A stretch of DNA of 64,000 nucleotides from Candidatus Binatia bacterium (GTDB taxonomy: Bacteria > Desulfobacterota > Binatia > UBA9968 > JAJDTQ01), in the NCBI GenBank assembly GCA_963666515.2, contig OY762897.2, positions 1,728,001-1,792,000 on the forward strand. The letters run 5' to 3'. Shown here piece after piece: positions 30,568-40,481 of this stretch. The notes beneath the pieces were generated by a model, which searched no databases, had not been told where the DNA came from, and saw only the letters and a program-made list of their open reading frames with translations. The first letter of the stretch is position 1. Every line of letters starts with the position of its first letter. Made by a program: the position numbers and the translations under genes.

Positions 30568-31440
30568 CTACCAGTACCGCCGCCGGTACGTGTCGATGAG
30601 TATCTCGTCCTCGTCCTGCGAGAGAAACTCCGTCAGCACCCGGTTGAACTCCGCGGGCTGCTCGAACTGAGGCCAGTGCGCGGCCTTGTCCAGCAACACG
30701 AAGCGCGATCCCGGCACACTCTGGTGCACCTTCTCGGCCACGTGCCACGGACACGTGGGGTTGTGGGTGGTCCAGAAGAACAGCATGGGGCATTGCAGCT
30801 TGGGGATCTTCGGGATGAGGTCGTAGCCGCGCATGCGGATGAAACCCTGGACGCGTTCGCGATACTCCGGGTTCGTGTAAATCTTGAGCCGGATGTCCAC
30901 CAGCTCGTCGGGCAGCGTCGCCGGATCGTGGAACAGCCACTCCATGCGCTTCCGGATGGTCTCCTTGGTGGGATCGCCCACCGCCGCCTTCGTCAGCGCG
31001 TCGAGCTGGTGCATTCCGGTGGTGTACCCGTGCTCGTTGGACGGAATGCCGCCGACGATGAGGCCCAGCTTGCTCACACGTTCCGGATGATGGTGGGTGG
31101 TGTAGACGCTGATCTGCCCGCCCTGGGACTCCCCCACCAGGCAGCCCCGTTCCACGCCCGCGGCGTCCATGAAGTCCAGCAGGTGCCTGGAGAACGCCTC
31201 CATGTCGTAGGTGATGGCGGGCTTGTCGGTGAAGCCGTGGCCCAGGTAGTCTATGGCCAGCACCCGGAACCGTTCGGACAGCGGCAGCAGGTTCCGCACC
31301 CACGTCTCCGCGTGGCCGCCGCCGCCGTGAAGCAGGATCACGGCCTCGCCCTCCCCCTTCTCGAAGCAGCGCGTGCGCACGCCCGCGGCGTCATAGTAGG
31401 TCTCGTACTTCATGAATTCTGCGAGTTCTTCGGAAAACAT
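30568..31440 (-). CDS. Alpha/beta hydrolase, BphD/MhpC (meta-cleavage product hydrolase)-like
   Basis: LLHGGGG, GESQGG nucleophile elbow, AAHWPQFE. Confidence 0.82.
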   Translation of the reverse strand: MFSEELAEFMKYETYYDAAGVRTRCFEKGEGEAVILLHGGGGHAETWVRNLLPLSERFRVLAIDYLGHGFTDKPAITYDMEAFSRHLLDFMDAAGVERGCLVGESQGGQISVYTTHHHPERVSKLGLIVGGIPSNEHGYTTGMHQLDALTKAAVGDPTKETIRKRMEWLFHDPATLPDELVDIRLKIYTNPEYRERVQGFIRMRGYDLIPKIPKLQCPMLFFWTTHNPTCPWHVAEKVHQSVPGSRFVLLDKAAHWPQFEQPAEFNRVLTEFLSQDEDEILIDTYRRRYW

Positions 31441-31466
31441 TTAACCTCCTTGAAGCACTCGAAACG

Positions 31467-31584
31467 GTCCTTCGACTTCGCTCGCCCTTCGACAGGCTCA
31501 GGACTCGCTACGCTCAGGACGAACGGTCTTGAAAAACGCGCTCCCTCCGTTCGTCCTGAGCGTAGCGAAGCGGAGTCGAAGGAC
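31467..31584. repeat. REPIN-like inverted repeat (family C, GTCCTTCGACTTCGCTACGCTCAGGACGAACGG)
   Basis: 31505-31526 pairs with 31547-31568; outer arms also pair; partial copy at 54201-54221. Confidence 0.8.
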
Positions 31585-31608
31585 GTTCACGCGCTTCCTC
31601 CTTTCATC

Positions 31609-33048
31609 CTACCGCGCGCCCTTCAACCAATCGCCAAGGCGCCACTTCTCCCACGTGGCATCCCGCCGTTCCTTGCTGAACAGGTTCACCGGCGAGAACT
31701 CCTTCAACCGCTCGAAGGGGCGGCAGCCGTTGAGGATCAGGCGTCGGTAGGGAAGCGGCTTGCGGATCTCGCGCTCCTCCGCGGTGCGCAACGGGTCCAG
31801 CCGCCAGGCGCTCGGCACCGTGCTCTTGTGAACGCCCTCGCCGGCGTCCAGCCGCGTCCCCAGGGCCCAGAAGACCTCGATGGGGTCCTCGGGGTTCACG
31901 TCGTCGTCCACAAGGATGTTGATGCGGCAGGGGGCGCGGCTCTCCTGCAGCGCCTTGATGATGCGCGGCACGTCGTCGGGCGTCTTCTGGGCCACGCTCA
32001 CCACCACCGCGCCCATCTTGACCAGATCCGTGACCCGCGTCACCGGGAGCCCATCCTTCTCCAGCCGCGACCACAGACCGGTCATGGAGCGCATGGGCAG
32101 CGAGAAGGCATAGGACTCGCGGTACGGCTTGAACGGCGGCGCGCCGAACAGGATGGGGTCGTTGCGGTAGTAAAGAGCCGTCACGCGGATCACCGGCTCC
32201 GGCACCGAGGTGATCATGTAGTACCCGGTCCACTCGCCGAAGGGTCCCTCCTGACGGGATTCCACGTCGGGAGGCGGCACCTCGCCCTCGAAGGCAATCT
32301 CCGAACCGGCGGAGATGGGGAGGCCGGTCATGCGCCCCTTGATGACGTCCACGGGCTCGCCGCAGAGGAAGCCGACGTACTCGTACTCGGGCACGCCGGG
32401 CGGACAGCCGGTGGAGCCCGAGGCGGTGAGGAAAACCACCGGCTCCGGTGCCACCGACACCGCCACCGGGCACGCCTCGCCCTTGTCCCAGTACTTGCGC
32501 AGGATCGAGCTGCCGTCGTTGGCGGGCTCGCAGAAGAGCCCGGTGGTCTTGCCGTCGTGTACCTGGAGGCGGTAGCTGCCGAGGTTCACGAAGCCTGTGT
32601 CCGGGTCTTTGAGGATCACGGCGACGCCGGAGCCGATGTAGGGGCCTCCGTCCAACTCGTGCCAGACCGGCACCGGAATGCGGCCGAGGTCCGCGTCGTC
32701 TCCGGTCAGCACGTTCTCCAGCAGCGGGCTCGTGTCCACCACCCGCGGGGCGATGCCCCTGTAATCCGCCCACTTCGCCTTCCACGCACGCATGGCGTCG
32801 GCCTCGGGTGTGTCGGGGTGGGTGCCGATGGCCATCAGCGAGCGCTGCCGCGTGCTGGCCACGTTGGAGGCCACGCGGAACCCGGCGGGGTAGCCGGGGA
32901 TGTCGTCGAACAGGAGCGCCGGGCCGCGGTGGTGGAAGGCCATCTCGGCGATGCAGCCGATCTCGTACTCCAGGCTTGCGCCGTTCACCCGCTTGAGGTC
33001 GCCGCGGCGGTCCAGCTCTTCCAGGAACATTCTCAGGTCGGTGATCAT
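31609..33048 (-). CDS. UbiD family decarboxylase #2
   Basis: DGGPYIG, NLGSYR, EGPFGEWTGYY, VDDDVNP. Confidence 0.92.
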   Translation of the reverse strand: MITDLRMFLEELDRRGDLKRVNGASLEYEIGCIAEMAFHHRGPALLFDDIPGYPAGFRVASNVASTRQRSLMAIGTHPDTPEADAMRAWKAKWADYRGIAPRVVDTSPLLENVLTGDDADLGRIPVPVWHELDGGPYIGSGVAVILKDPDTGFVNLGSYRLQVHDGKTTGLFCEPANDGSSILRKYWDKGEACPVAVSVAPEPVVFLTASGSTGCPPGVPEYEYVGFLCGEPVDVIKGRMTGLPISAGSEIAFEGEVPPPDVESRQEGPFGEWTGYYMITSVPEPVIRVTALYYRNDPILFGAPPFKPYRESYAFSLPMRSMTGLWSRLEKDGLPVTRVTDLVKMGAVVVSVAQKTPDDVPRIIKALQESRAPCRINILVDDDVNPEDPIEVFWALGTRLDAGEGVHKSTVPSAWRLDPLRTAEEREIRKPLPYRRLILNGCRPFERLKEFSPVNLFSKERRDATWEKWRLGDWLKGAR

Positions 33049-33067
33049 GGCGCCGTCCCGCTCCGCG

Positions 33068-34192
33068 TCATCCGTTGAACCGGGGCATATCGACCTTCAC
33101 GCCGTGCCTGGCGGTCTCGGCATCGAAGATGCGGCGGATCTCTGGGTCCTCGTCTTCATACTCGATCTGTGTGCCGCCCTCGTAGATGGAAGTCGAGACG
33201 CCGCCCCGGGTGGCCGCCTTGCGCACGCCGAAGGGGTGCTTGGCGCTGCCGTTGCGAAGCGCCATCTGCAACGCCGGAATCCCCGTCACGTTGAAGTGCT
33301 GGTGGAACCAGTTGGTGGGCGGGCTGAACACGCTGCCCTCCTTCCAGTCCACCCGCACCACCTTGTCGCCCTTGCCGTCGGCGAAGGGCCTGGGACCCAG
33401 GTCGTTGGGCCACATGAGGCTGTAGCCCTCCGAGCTGAGGATGGTCAGGATCGCGCCGCCGCCGTGGTAGTGGGCCTTGGTGTAGCGGCCAGTGGGGAAG
33501 TTGGTGAAGTGACCGATGAGGCTGTTCTCACAGATCTCGAACTGGATATTGAGGTAGCCCGACCCCCGCCGTTCGTTCACCGGAAGCTCCACGGCCCGTG
33601 CGTCCGGTATGAAGTTGGTCTCCCATATCCAGCCGGGCCGGAACACGTCCTTGGAGCGCTTGTCCAGATCGAAGTAGTCCTTGCGTCCGTCGTAGCGGTC
33701 GTCGAACACCTTGTCGGTGTCGTAGATGAAGTCCTCGCGGTAGTAGAGGTCGAAGGCCAGCGGCGCCGTGTTGGTGGCCACAAGGAACGCCGGCTCCTTG
33801 CCCTTGTTGACGATGCGGTGGGTGGTGTTGAGCGGAATCGCGAACAGGCTCCCCTCCTTCCAGTTGACGGCGTTGGTGGCCTCGCCGGGACCCATGTACT
33901 CGGTCTCCCCCTCTCCCTTCATCACGTACACCACCTTCTCGTAGAGGTGCTTGTCCACGGTAGTGGAACCGCCCGGCGGAATCTCCATCACGTACATGCC
34001 GGTGATCCCCTCCATGCCCTTCATGTGCACGAATGAAGTGGGCACGCCCGTGCGGCTCCAGGTCTTGAGCGGATGCTCATGGAGGTTGGTGACGCCGTAG
34101 CCCTCGATGATCGGGATGTCCTGCGAGCGCATCCAGGTCACGTAGGGAGTCTCGCGCGTGCTCATCTGTCCCTTGGCCTTCTCCTCGCTCAT
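33068..34192 (-). CDS. Bicupin protein (gentisate 1,2-dioxygenase-like fold) #1
   Basis: HLYE..YV.KG.G and AHYHGGG...WFHQHFN cupin motifs; SD AAGGAG. Confidence 0.8.
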   Translation of the reverse strand: MSEEKAKGQMSTRETPYVTWMRSQDIPIIEGYGVTNLHEHPLKTWSRTGVPTSFVHMKGMEGITGMYVMEIPPGGSTTVDKHLYEKVVYVMKGEGETEYMGPGEATNAVNWKEGSLFAIPLNTTHRIVNKGKEPAFLVATNTAPLAFDLYYREDFIYDTDKVFDDRYDGRKDYFDLDKRSKDVFRPGWIWETNFIPDARAVELPVNERRGSGYLNIQFEICENSLIGHFTNFPTGRYTKAHYHGGGAILTILSSEGYSLMWPNDLGPRPFADGKGDKVVRVDWKEGSVFSPPTNWFHQHFNVTGIPALQMALRNGSAKHPFGVRKAATRGGVSTSIYEGGTQIEYEDEDPEIRRIFDAETARHGVKVDMPRFNG

Positions 34193-34212
34193 GGTCTCTC
34201 CTTGTTTACTCG

Positions 34213-34287
34213 CGCGGTAGGGGCCGCGTGAAACGGGCGGCAACGCCAATGCTTGCACGGGCCGGTTTGAAACCCGCCCCTACCGCG
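34213..34287. repeat. Inverted pair of GTAG-type REPs (family B)
   Basis: CGCGGTAGGGGC...GCCCCTACCGCG flanks; right copy matches the 20812 element. Confidence 0.7.
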
Positions 34288-34291
34288 TGAC

Positions 34292-35515
34292 TCATTCCCA
34301 TGACCGCACCTGATGCGACAGCTCGATCTCGCACCGTTCTTCCGCCGATTGGATCATGGCGAGGCACACTTCCAAAGTGGCCTCGCCCCAGCGCCCGTCG
34401 TGGGAGACGGGCCGCTCGTGGACCACGGCCTCGTACAGCTCCTGCACCTCGGCCTGACGGCCGGCCATGGCGTTCTCGATGGCCACCTCCCGCCTGCCTT
34501 CCGCTCCGTATACCAGAATGCCGTCCGCCGATTGCCGCAAATCGCCCTTCTCGCAACTGGCGACCGTGAGCCCGAAGAACTTCTGGTGCTTGCGGTCGGT
34601 GGCTGCGTGGCCCCTGCCCCAGATGTTCCAGATCTCGGGGTAGTTCTCGGACTGCTTGGCGCCGTAGCGCATCTGGTCCTTCTGCTCCTCCAGCGCCGCC
34701 TCGTCGCCCGAGACGCTGCGCAGGTTGGCGCGCATCTTGCGGTTGGTCTCCGGGTCGCGGTAGTAGCCGCCCTCGCCCACCCAGTCGTAAAGCTCGGCGG
34801 TGTCGAAGAAGCCGTAGCCGTTGTACACCAGCGTCGCCGGCACGCCGTCGTCGAACTCGAGGTAGCACACGTAGGCGCCTTCGCCCGGACGCAGGTCGTC
34901 CCATACTCCGGTCATGGCGCGTACGCTCCGCACCAGGCCGCCGCCCAGCAGGCGCACGATGTCCACCTGATGCGGCGCTTGGTTGAACAGGATGCCGCGG
35001 CTGGTAACAAGCTCATGGCGCGGCCAGGGCCGGTACATGAACTCGTTGAAGTTCCAGGTATTCACCATGCGCAAGGCGCCCAACTCCCCGCTCCGGATGA
35101 TCTCCCGCATCTTGCGGATGGGCGGATCGAAACTGTGGGTGTGGCCCGCCAGCAGCTTGAGTCCGCGCCGCTCCGCGGCCTCGTTCATGCGCTCGCAGTC
35201 TTCGATGGTGAGTGCGATGGGCTTCTCCACGATGGCGTGCTTGCCGTGCTCCATGGCCAGCAGCGCGTGCTCGGCGTGCATCTCCGGCGGCGTTGCCACG
35301 TAGACCGCGTCGACGTTGGGGCTCTTCACCAAGTCCCTGACGTCATTGTAGCCCTCCGCGCCGAATTCCTCCTGGAATTGCTCCAGCGCATCGTCCCGGG
35401 GATCGGCGGCCGCGGTCAGCTTGATGTGCGGCAGGTCGGTGATGCCGGGACGCTCGGTGAAGATCCGCGTCACCGCCATTCCCAGCCCGATGAATCCCAG
35501 CCTCAACGCCTCCAT
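34292..35515 (-). CDS. Gfo/Idh/MocA oxidoreductase (OphB/CbaB dihydrodiol dehydrogenase-like) #1
   Basis: GFIGLG, VEKP, GHTHSFD, NQAPHQVD, GRWGEATLEVC; start overlaps the Rieske stop. Confidence 0.88.
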   Translation of the reverse strand: MEALRLGFIGLGMAVTRIFTERPGITDLPHIKLTAAADPRDDALEQFQEEFGAEGYNDVRDLVKSPNVDAVYVATPPEMHAEHALLAMEHGKHAIVEKPIALTIEDCERMNEAAERRGLKLLAGHTHSFDPPIRKMREIIRSGELGALRMVNTWNFNEFMYRPWPRHELVTSRGILFNQAPHQVDIVRLLGGGLVRSVRAMTGVWDDLRPGEGAYVCYLEFDDGVPATLVYNGYGFFDTAELYDWVGEGGYYRDPETNRKMRANLRSVSGDEAALEEQKDQMRYGAKQSENYPEIWNIWGRGHAATDRKHQKFFGLTVASCEKGDLRQSADGILVYGAEGRREVAIENAMAGRQAEVQELYEAVVHERPVSHDGRWGEATLEVCLAMIQSAEERCEIELSHQVRSWE

Positions 35516-36789
35516 CAACGTGCGTCCCGCGACTCCCCTTCCAGCCCCCGGTGGTATTCCTTCCAGTTCATCCCGTCCGGCAGGAAGCCGTAGGTGGAGA
35601 GGATGGTGAAGCGGTTGGCTTCCGGCTCCCGCACAACGTTGGCAGGGTCGCGCCCCTGCTCCACGTCGACCATGCCCTTGAGCAGCACCTTGCGCGAGGC
35701 CACGATGGGGGCGTCCGACGCCACCAAGTGCTCTTGAGTGCGGTCCTGGATGGCGGCGCTCTCGGTGACGCACAGGTCCTGGGCCTGAAAGACGTGGCCG
35801 ATACCGCTGTAGCTTTCCGTGTTCATGGAGTCACGGTCCTGGAGATAGCGGTTGGCCTTGTTGCGCAGCGACTTGTAGCTCGGATCGGTAGCCTGCCGCT
35901 CCCGCAGCACCGCTTCCTTGTCCAGGGCGCGCTCGCGGTTGAAGATCAACACGTACTTCCAGTGGTTCTCGTCGTCGATGGGGACGTGCCAGTTCACGGT
36001 GTAGCCGCGCCCGCCCTCCTGGCGCGCGGGCACCGCGCACAGGTTGGGCATGATGAAGGTGCAGGAGCGGATGTAGGTGCGGTCCGGCGGCACCTTGCGG
36101 AGCTTGCAGACCCTCAGGCCCACGTCCACCAACTCCGCGTCCGTGGTCTCGGCGCCCGGCGCCCCGCCTCTGGAACTGAGGCCATTGGCGCCGCCGTGAA
36201 CCGTGTTGGCCTGCACGTCCCGGTCGGTGTAGTGCAGGATCGACACGTGCAGCAGGTCGATGTTGCCTTCGTTCCCCTGCAGGTAGTTACACTCGCTGTA
36301 GAGCTTGGTGCAGAAGACCTGCTCCTCCGGCAGGGTGAGGAACTCGTAGTTGGGCAACAGCGGCGGCTCCCCCGGCCCCATGTAGGCGAAGATCAGCCCC
36401 ACCCGTTCGACGCACGGGTAGGCCGGCTGGCGGATCTCGCTTCGGTGCGGGCCGCCGCCGGGCTCGCCGGGCTGGTCCAGGCAGTTGCCGTGGATGTCGT
36501 AGAGCCAGCCATGGTAGATGCACCGGAGCCCGCCGTCCTCCACCCGGCCGTAGCTCAGGTCCGCGCCCCGGTGGCAGCAGTGGATGCCCAGCAGTCCGGG
36601 GCGCCCCTGGTCGTCCCGGAACAGCACCATGTCCTCACCAAGGAGCCGAACCGGCACGGGCGCGCCGCCGGGCGGCAACTCCTCCGACAACGCCACCGGC
36701 TGCCAGTAGCGCCGCATCAACTCGCCGCACGGGGTTCCCGGCCCCACCCGTGTCAATCGGTCATTCTCTTCCTGCAACATGATCGTCAC
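35515..36789 (-). CDS. Rieske non-heme iron oxygenase alpha (phthalate 4,5-dioxygenase/LigXa/CbaA family) #1
   Basis: RVGPGTPCGELMRRYW; CxH...CxYH; EGNID.LH...LH; QD. Confidence 0.92.
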   Translation of the reverse strand: MTIMLQEENDRLTRVGPGTPCGELMRRYWQPVALSEELPPGGAPVPVRLLGEDMVLFRDDQGRPGLLGIHCCHRGADLSYGRVEDGGLRCIYHGWLYDIHGNCLDQPGEPGGGPHRSEIRQPAYPCVERVGLIFAYMGPGEPPLLPNYEFLTLPEEQVFCTKLYSECNYLQGNEGNIDLLHVSILHYTDRDVQANTVHGGANGLSSRGGAPGAETTDAELVDVGLRVCKLRKVPPDRTYIRSCTFIMPNLCAVPARQEGGRGYTVNWHVPIDDENHWKYVLIFNRERALDKEAVLRERQATDPSYKSLRNKANRYLQDRDSMNTESYSGIGHVFQAQDLCVTESAAIQDRTQEHLVASDAPIVASRKVLLKGMVDVEQGRDPANVVREPEANRFTILSTYGFLPDGMNWKEYHRGLEGESRDAR

Positions 36790-36841
36790 TCGCTACCAAC
36801 GGCCGTTGGGTCCCGCGGGCTCCGCCTCACCGCCACGGCCC

Positions 36842-37810
36842 TCAGGCGTCCGCTCCCTCCGGCTCCCAGTAGCCCGCTCCCATACCCATGACGGCGCTGT
36901 AGAAGGGCTGATAGTGGAGGAACGTCGGTCGCACCTTGCCCACGGCCCCCAGAAGCGTGATCCAACTGCGCATCTCGATGCCGCCGTTGTCAAGCAGATC
37001 CCGCGAGGTCAACTGCTCAAGCCTGTCGCCTTCCCCTTCCCTCATCGACTCCAACGCCTTCCGGTCGAACTCCTCGCTGATGGATCCGACGCCATGGGGC
37101 CCCGAGTAGTGCTTCCACGGATAGCCCGCGGTGAAGTGGGACAGGCCGCCCGACGCGTAGACGGCTACCCGCTCGTCTCCCGGCCGGCTCTCGATGATCT
37201 CGCGCATGGCCGCGCCCAGACGGTAGCAGCGCCTGGGGCTCGGCGCCGGCACGTGGATGGCGTTCACGAACACCGGCACCACGGGAATGTCCGCGTCCGG
37301 AAGGACCCGGCGCATGATCGGGCCGTGGGCATGAGAAAGCAACTCGTCCTTGGGAAAGGCGCTGCAGGAGGCCACGTCGAACTCGCGGTCCACCAGGCCG
37401 TTGAGGAGGTCCTGAGCCAGGTCCGCGTGGCACGGGTACTTCGGTCCGCGCAGCCGCGAGCCGTCGCCCGCCCGCTCGGTGGTATGGATCTCCGCGCCCG
37501 TGTAGACGGCGATCTGCGGCAGGTTGTCCTCCGTGAAGTTCTCGTCCTGGTCGTCGCCCACGATGATAACGGCGTCCGGCCGCTGCTCCCGCATCTGCCG
37601 CTCGAAGAACGCCAGCGACTCGCGGATGTGCCGGTAGCCCCTCTCCCGCACCTCCGGAGTCTCGTCCACGATGTTGGGATGAAGCTCCGGCTCCACGCCG
37701 TAACGCGCCTTGTACCGCGCCCGCGTCCGCCCCCGCATCACGTCCCACCCCGTCGGCTCCACCAATGCGTAGGCGTGGGAGGACGCCATCGCGGCAATGA
37801 TCCTGCCCAT
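36842..37810 (-). CDS. Class III extradiol ring-cleavage dioxygenase (LigB fold, DesZ-like)
   Basis: SSH, GDDQ.ENF, SGGLSHF, GIEMRSWI. Confidence 0.82.
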   Translation of the reverse strand: MGRIIAAMASSHAYALVEPTGWDVMRGRTRARYKARYGVEPELHPNIVDETPEVRERGYRHIRESLAFFERQMREQRPDAVIIVGDDQDENFTEDNLPQIAVYTGAEIHTTERAGDGSRLRGPKYPCHADLAQDLLNGLVDREFDVASCSAFPKDELLSHAHGPIMRRVLPDADIPVVPVFVNAIHVPAPSPRRCYRLGAAMREIIESRPGDERVAVYASGGLSHFTAGYPWKHYSGPHGVGSISEEFDRKALESMREGEGDRLEQLTSRDLLDNGGIEMRSWITLLGAVGKVRPTFLHYQPFYSAVMGMGAGYWEPEGADA

Positions 37811-37943
37811 CTATGGCCTCCCGTCTCCTGCTTGCTCCCGCGGAAATCCTCGGACAGGCTTCTACCGTTCGTACGGCGCCGTGCCGCCCAACGCCAAAGC
37901 CGTGAGAACTGCCAGCACTGCCGGCAGAACGGTTCGCTGCGCT

Positions 37944-39577
37944 TCAATCCGCATCGGCGTCTCCGGTAAGGTTGCGGCTCTTGCGCAAGAGCCGTTCGGC
38001 CGCCTCGTCCATGCGTCCCGCCTCGGACAGCGCCACCAGCTCGGCCTCACCTTCCGGCCAGTGGCCCAGGGAGACGCCGTGCCACGGCGCCTTGGGTCTG
38101 AGGGGCGGCAATTCCAGCTCTTCCCAAAGCTCCCGGGCGCGTTCCATGTAGTCCCGGCGCGGCAGCGAGATGGGCGGATTGGCCCACTTGCGGGTGGCGT
38201 CCATGAGCATGGCGGAGGCCCCCTGGGGGCCCGTCAGGGAGGTCGGGTAGCCGCGCGGATGCCGCCGGGAGCGTCCCGCGGCCCCACCGACTCGTCCAGC
38301 CCGGCGCTCCTGCCCTGGATGACCTTCAGGTCCCGGTGCGGCTGGTACCGGTTGGTGACGGCCCAGAAGACCGATTCCAGGTCCCAGGGATCGATGTCGT
38401 CGTCCACCCCGATGACGATCTTGGGCCAAGCGGCGTCCGCGGACATGACCGTGAACAACGCGTGCCACACCTTGCTGTTGGGCGTGCGCACCCCGGCTAC
38501 GTCGTGGAAGCGCACGACGCACAGGTTCTTGGCGCTGCCGCAGTCGTGGAACGCCACGTCCTTGACCTGGGAGATGCCGTGGGCGCGCAGCAGCGCCGTG
38601 ACGTGTCCCTCGCTGTTGACGCAGCGCATCACGCTGGATTCGCTCGGCGGGAGCTGGCAGATCACGTCGTGCCAGATGGGGTCACGGCGGTGGGTGATGC
38701 AGGTCACCTCGAAGGCGTGGACCCAGTGGCCCGGCATCACGTGGCCGCGGTTCTCGCCGCTGGGGCCGTCGAGGTCCATGATGTCGATGGGGATGGCGCC
38801 TTCGATGACCACCTCCGCGGTGGCGGGCACCAGGAGGTCCGAGGTCTCGCACTCCACCACCGGGATGGCTTCGCCGATGAGCCCCCCGGCAGCGTCGAAC
38901 TCGGACACGCTCTGGGGCACGTTGGTGGCGGCCACCAGCGACAGCACCGGCGGCACCCCCACGGCGATGGCGGCCGGCAGCGGCTCACCCCTGGCCCGGC
39001 ACTTCTCCCAGTGCCGGCGCAAATGGCGCGCGGTGCGCACGTTGGCCCGGCCGGCGCCCAGCACGATGCTGTTGTACATGCCGGCGTTGAGATGACCCGA
39101 GTCGGGATCACGGGTGATGCAGGAGGCCGCGGTGACCCGCGGGAACGCCTCCCAGCCGTTGGTAGCGAACGGTATGCCGAACTCGTGCAGCCCGCCGTGC
39201 TCCAGAAGCCCGTCGCCCTTGTGGACCTCTTCCTTCACCGGCCCGGTGGCGACGCGCTCGGGCGGGATAAGCCGGTCCAACGCGTGGGACCAGCGCTCGT
39301 GCAACTCGTCTACGGAACACCCCATCGCCAGCGCGTACATCGCGCGGTTGGCGGCGATCACCGACGACGCGACACGGCCGTTACAGGGCCGTCCGTCGCG
39401 GTCGGTGACGTTCTCGAACAGGAAGCCGAACCGCTCATCCTCGGCAAGGCCCCGGTACTGCCATTTGACCAGCGGATGCAGTTCCCGGTCCTTGTCCACG
39501 GCGCGTCCGATGCGGCGCAGCCAGCCCTTGGCTTCGAGCGCGTCCAGGTACTCGCGGAAGTCTGCGTAGTAGCCCAT
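37944..39577 (-). pseudogene. UbiD family decarboxylase #3, frameshifted near 38251-38260
   Basis: N-part from ATG 39577 stops at 38234; UbiD-type tail (SAMLMDATRKW...RARELWEEL) continues in another frame to 37944. Confidence 0.8.
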
Positions 39578-39602
39578 GGTAGACAATGGGTTCAGGCCGG
39601 CG

Positions 39603-40406
39603 TCATTCGGCTCCCCCATCCCCTCGGCCCCTCGCCAGCAATGCCTCAAGCTCCGCAACCCGAGCTTGCGCCGCCTCCGCCGCCCGCTGCGCCTCCTGCC
39701 GTGCCTGTTTCTCGCGGTCTCGTTCCTGTTCAACCCGATTCCGCTCCTGCTCGACCAATTGGCGCACCCGTCTTTCGTGCTGCCAACCCTGCTCGGTGCG
39801 CCTTCGCGTCTCGTTCGATTCCGCAAGGTTCAGCAGGTACTCCCCCGTGGCCACATCGTGGAACCGCAACCCCCCGCTCCCCAACCGCAACTCCAGCCCC
39901 AGCACCCGGCTCCACATCACCGACCCGCCGTCCGCCAACTCTCTCCCTGCCAATCTACTGTACTCCCCCGACACCAACTCCTCGCCCTGCAGCCGGGGCG
40001 CCAGATAGTCTCCCGTGGGATCGTATTGCCAGTACTCCGTCACTCCAAGCTCCCGATACAGATCCCGCTTCCTTCCCTGGTCTTCCCGCCGCGTGCTCCG
40101 CGACGTCACCTCCAGCACCCAGTCCGGCCCCTTCGGCTCCCGCCACAACAGGTACGAAGACCGGTCATGGGCCGGCGCCCCGAACACTACGAACACATCC
40201 GGCGCCACCCGCGCCTTCACGTTCCCCTCTTCGTAGTAGATCAGCAGGTTGCCGGCCACGTACACGTCGGATCGGTGGCGGTAATAGTCACGCAGGGCGT
40301 TGCGCGCGTAGGCGAGCGGATCGAACTGAAAATCGCTCTCCGCCAACGGCATGCCGTCGGAACTTGGATAGCCGATTTCGACCGGAACGGGCGCATGTTT
40401 TACCAT
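39603..40406 (-). CDS. Uma2 family PD-(D/E)XK endonuclease with coiled-coil tail (copy 2)
   Basis: YPSSDG.PLAES, APDVFVV, PDWVLEVTS, GVTEYWQYDP. Confidence 0.9.
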   Translation of the reverse strand: MVKHAPVPVEIGYPSSDGMPLAESDFQFDPLAYARNALRDYYRHRSDVYVAGNLLIYYEEGNVKARVAPDVFVVFGAPAHDRSSYLLWREPKGPDWVLEVTSRSTRREDQGRKRDLYRELGVTEYWQYDPTGDYLAPRLQGEELVSGEYSRLAGRELADGGSVMWSRVLGLELRLGSGGLRFHDVATGEYLLNLAESNETRRRTEQGWQHERRVRQLVEQERNRVEQERDREKQARQEAQRAAEAAQARVAELEALLARGRGDGGAE

Positions 40407-40481
40407 GGCTCAGCCTCCATGAAGACCCCTAACACATCGGCGCATCCTGGGCAAAAAGACGTTCCCGCATCGAGTCCAGCG

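Noticed and set aside
28294-33078. 1594-aa plus-strand ORF
   Set aside because: Antisense shadow of well-supported minus-strand genes in high-GC DNA; no motifs.
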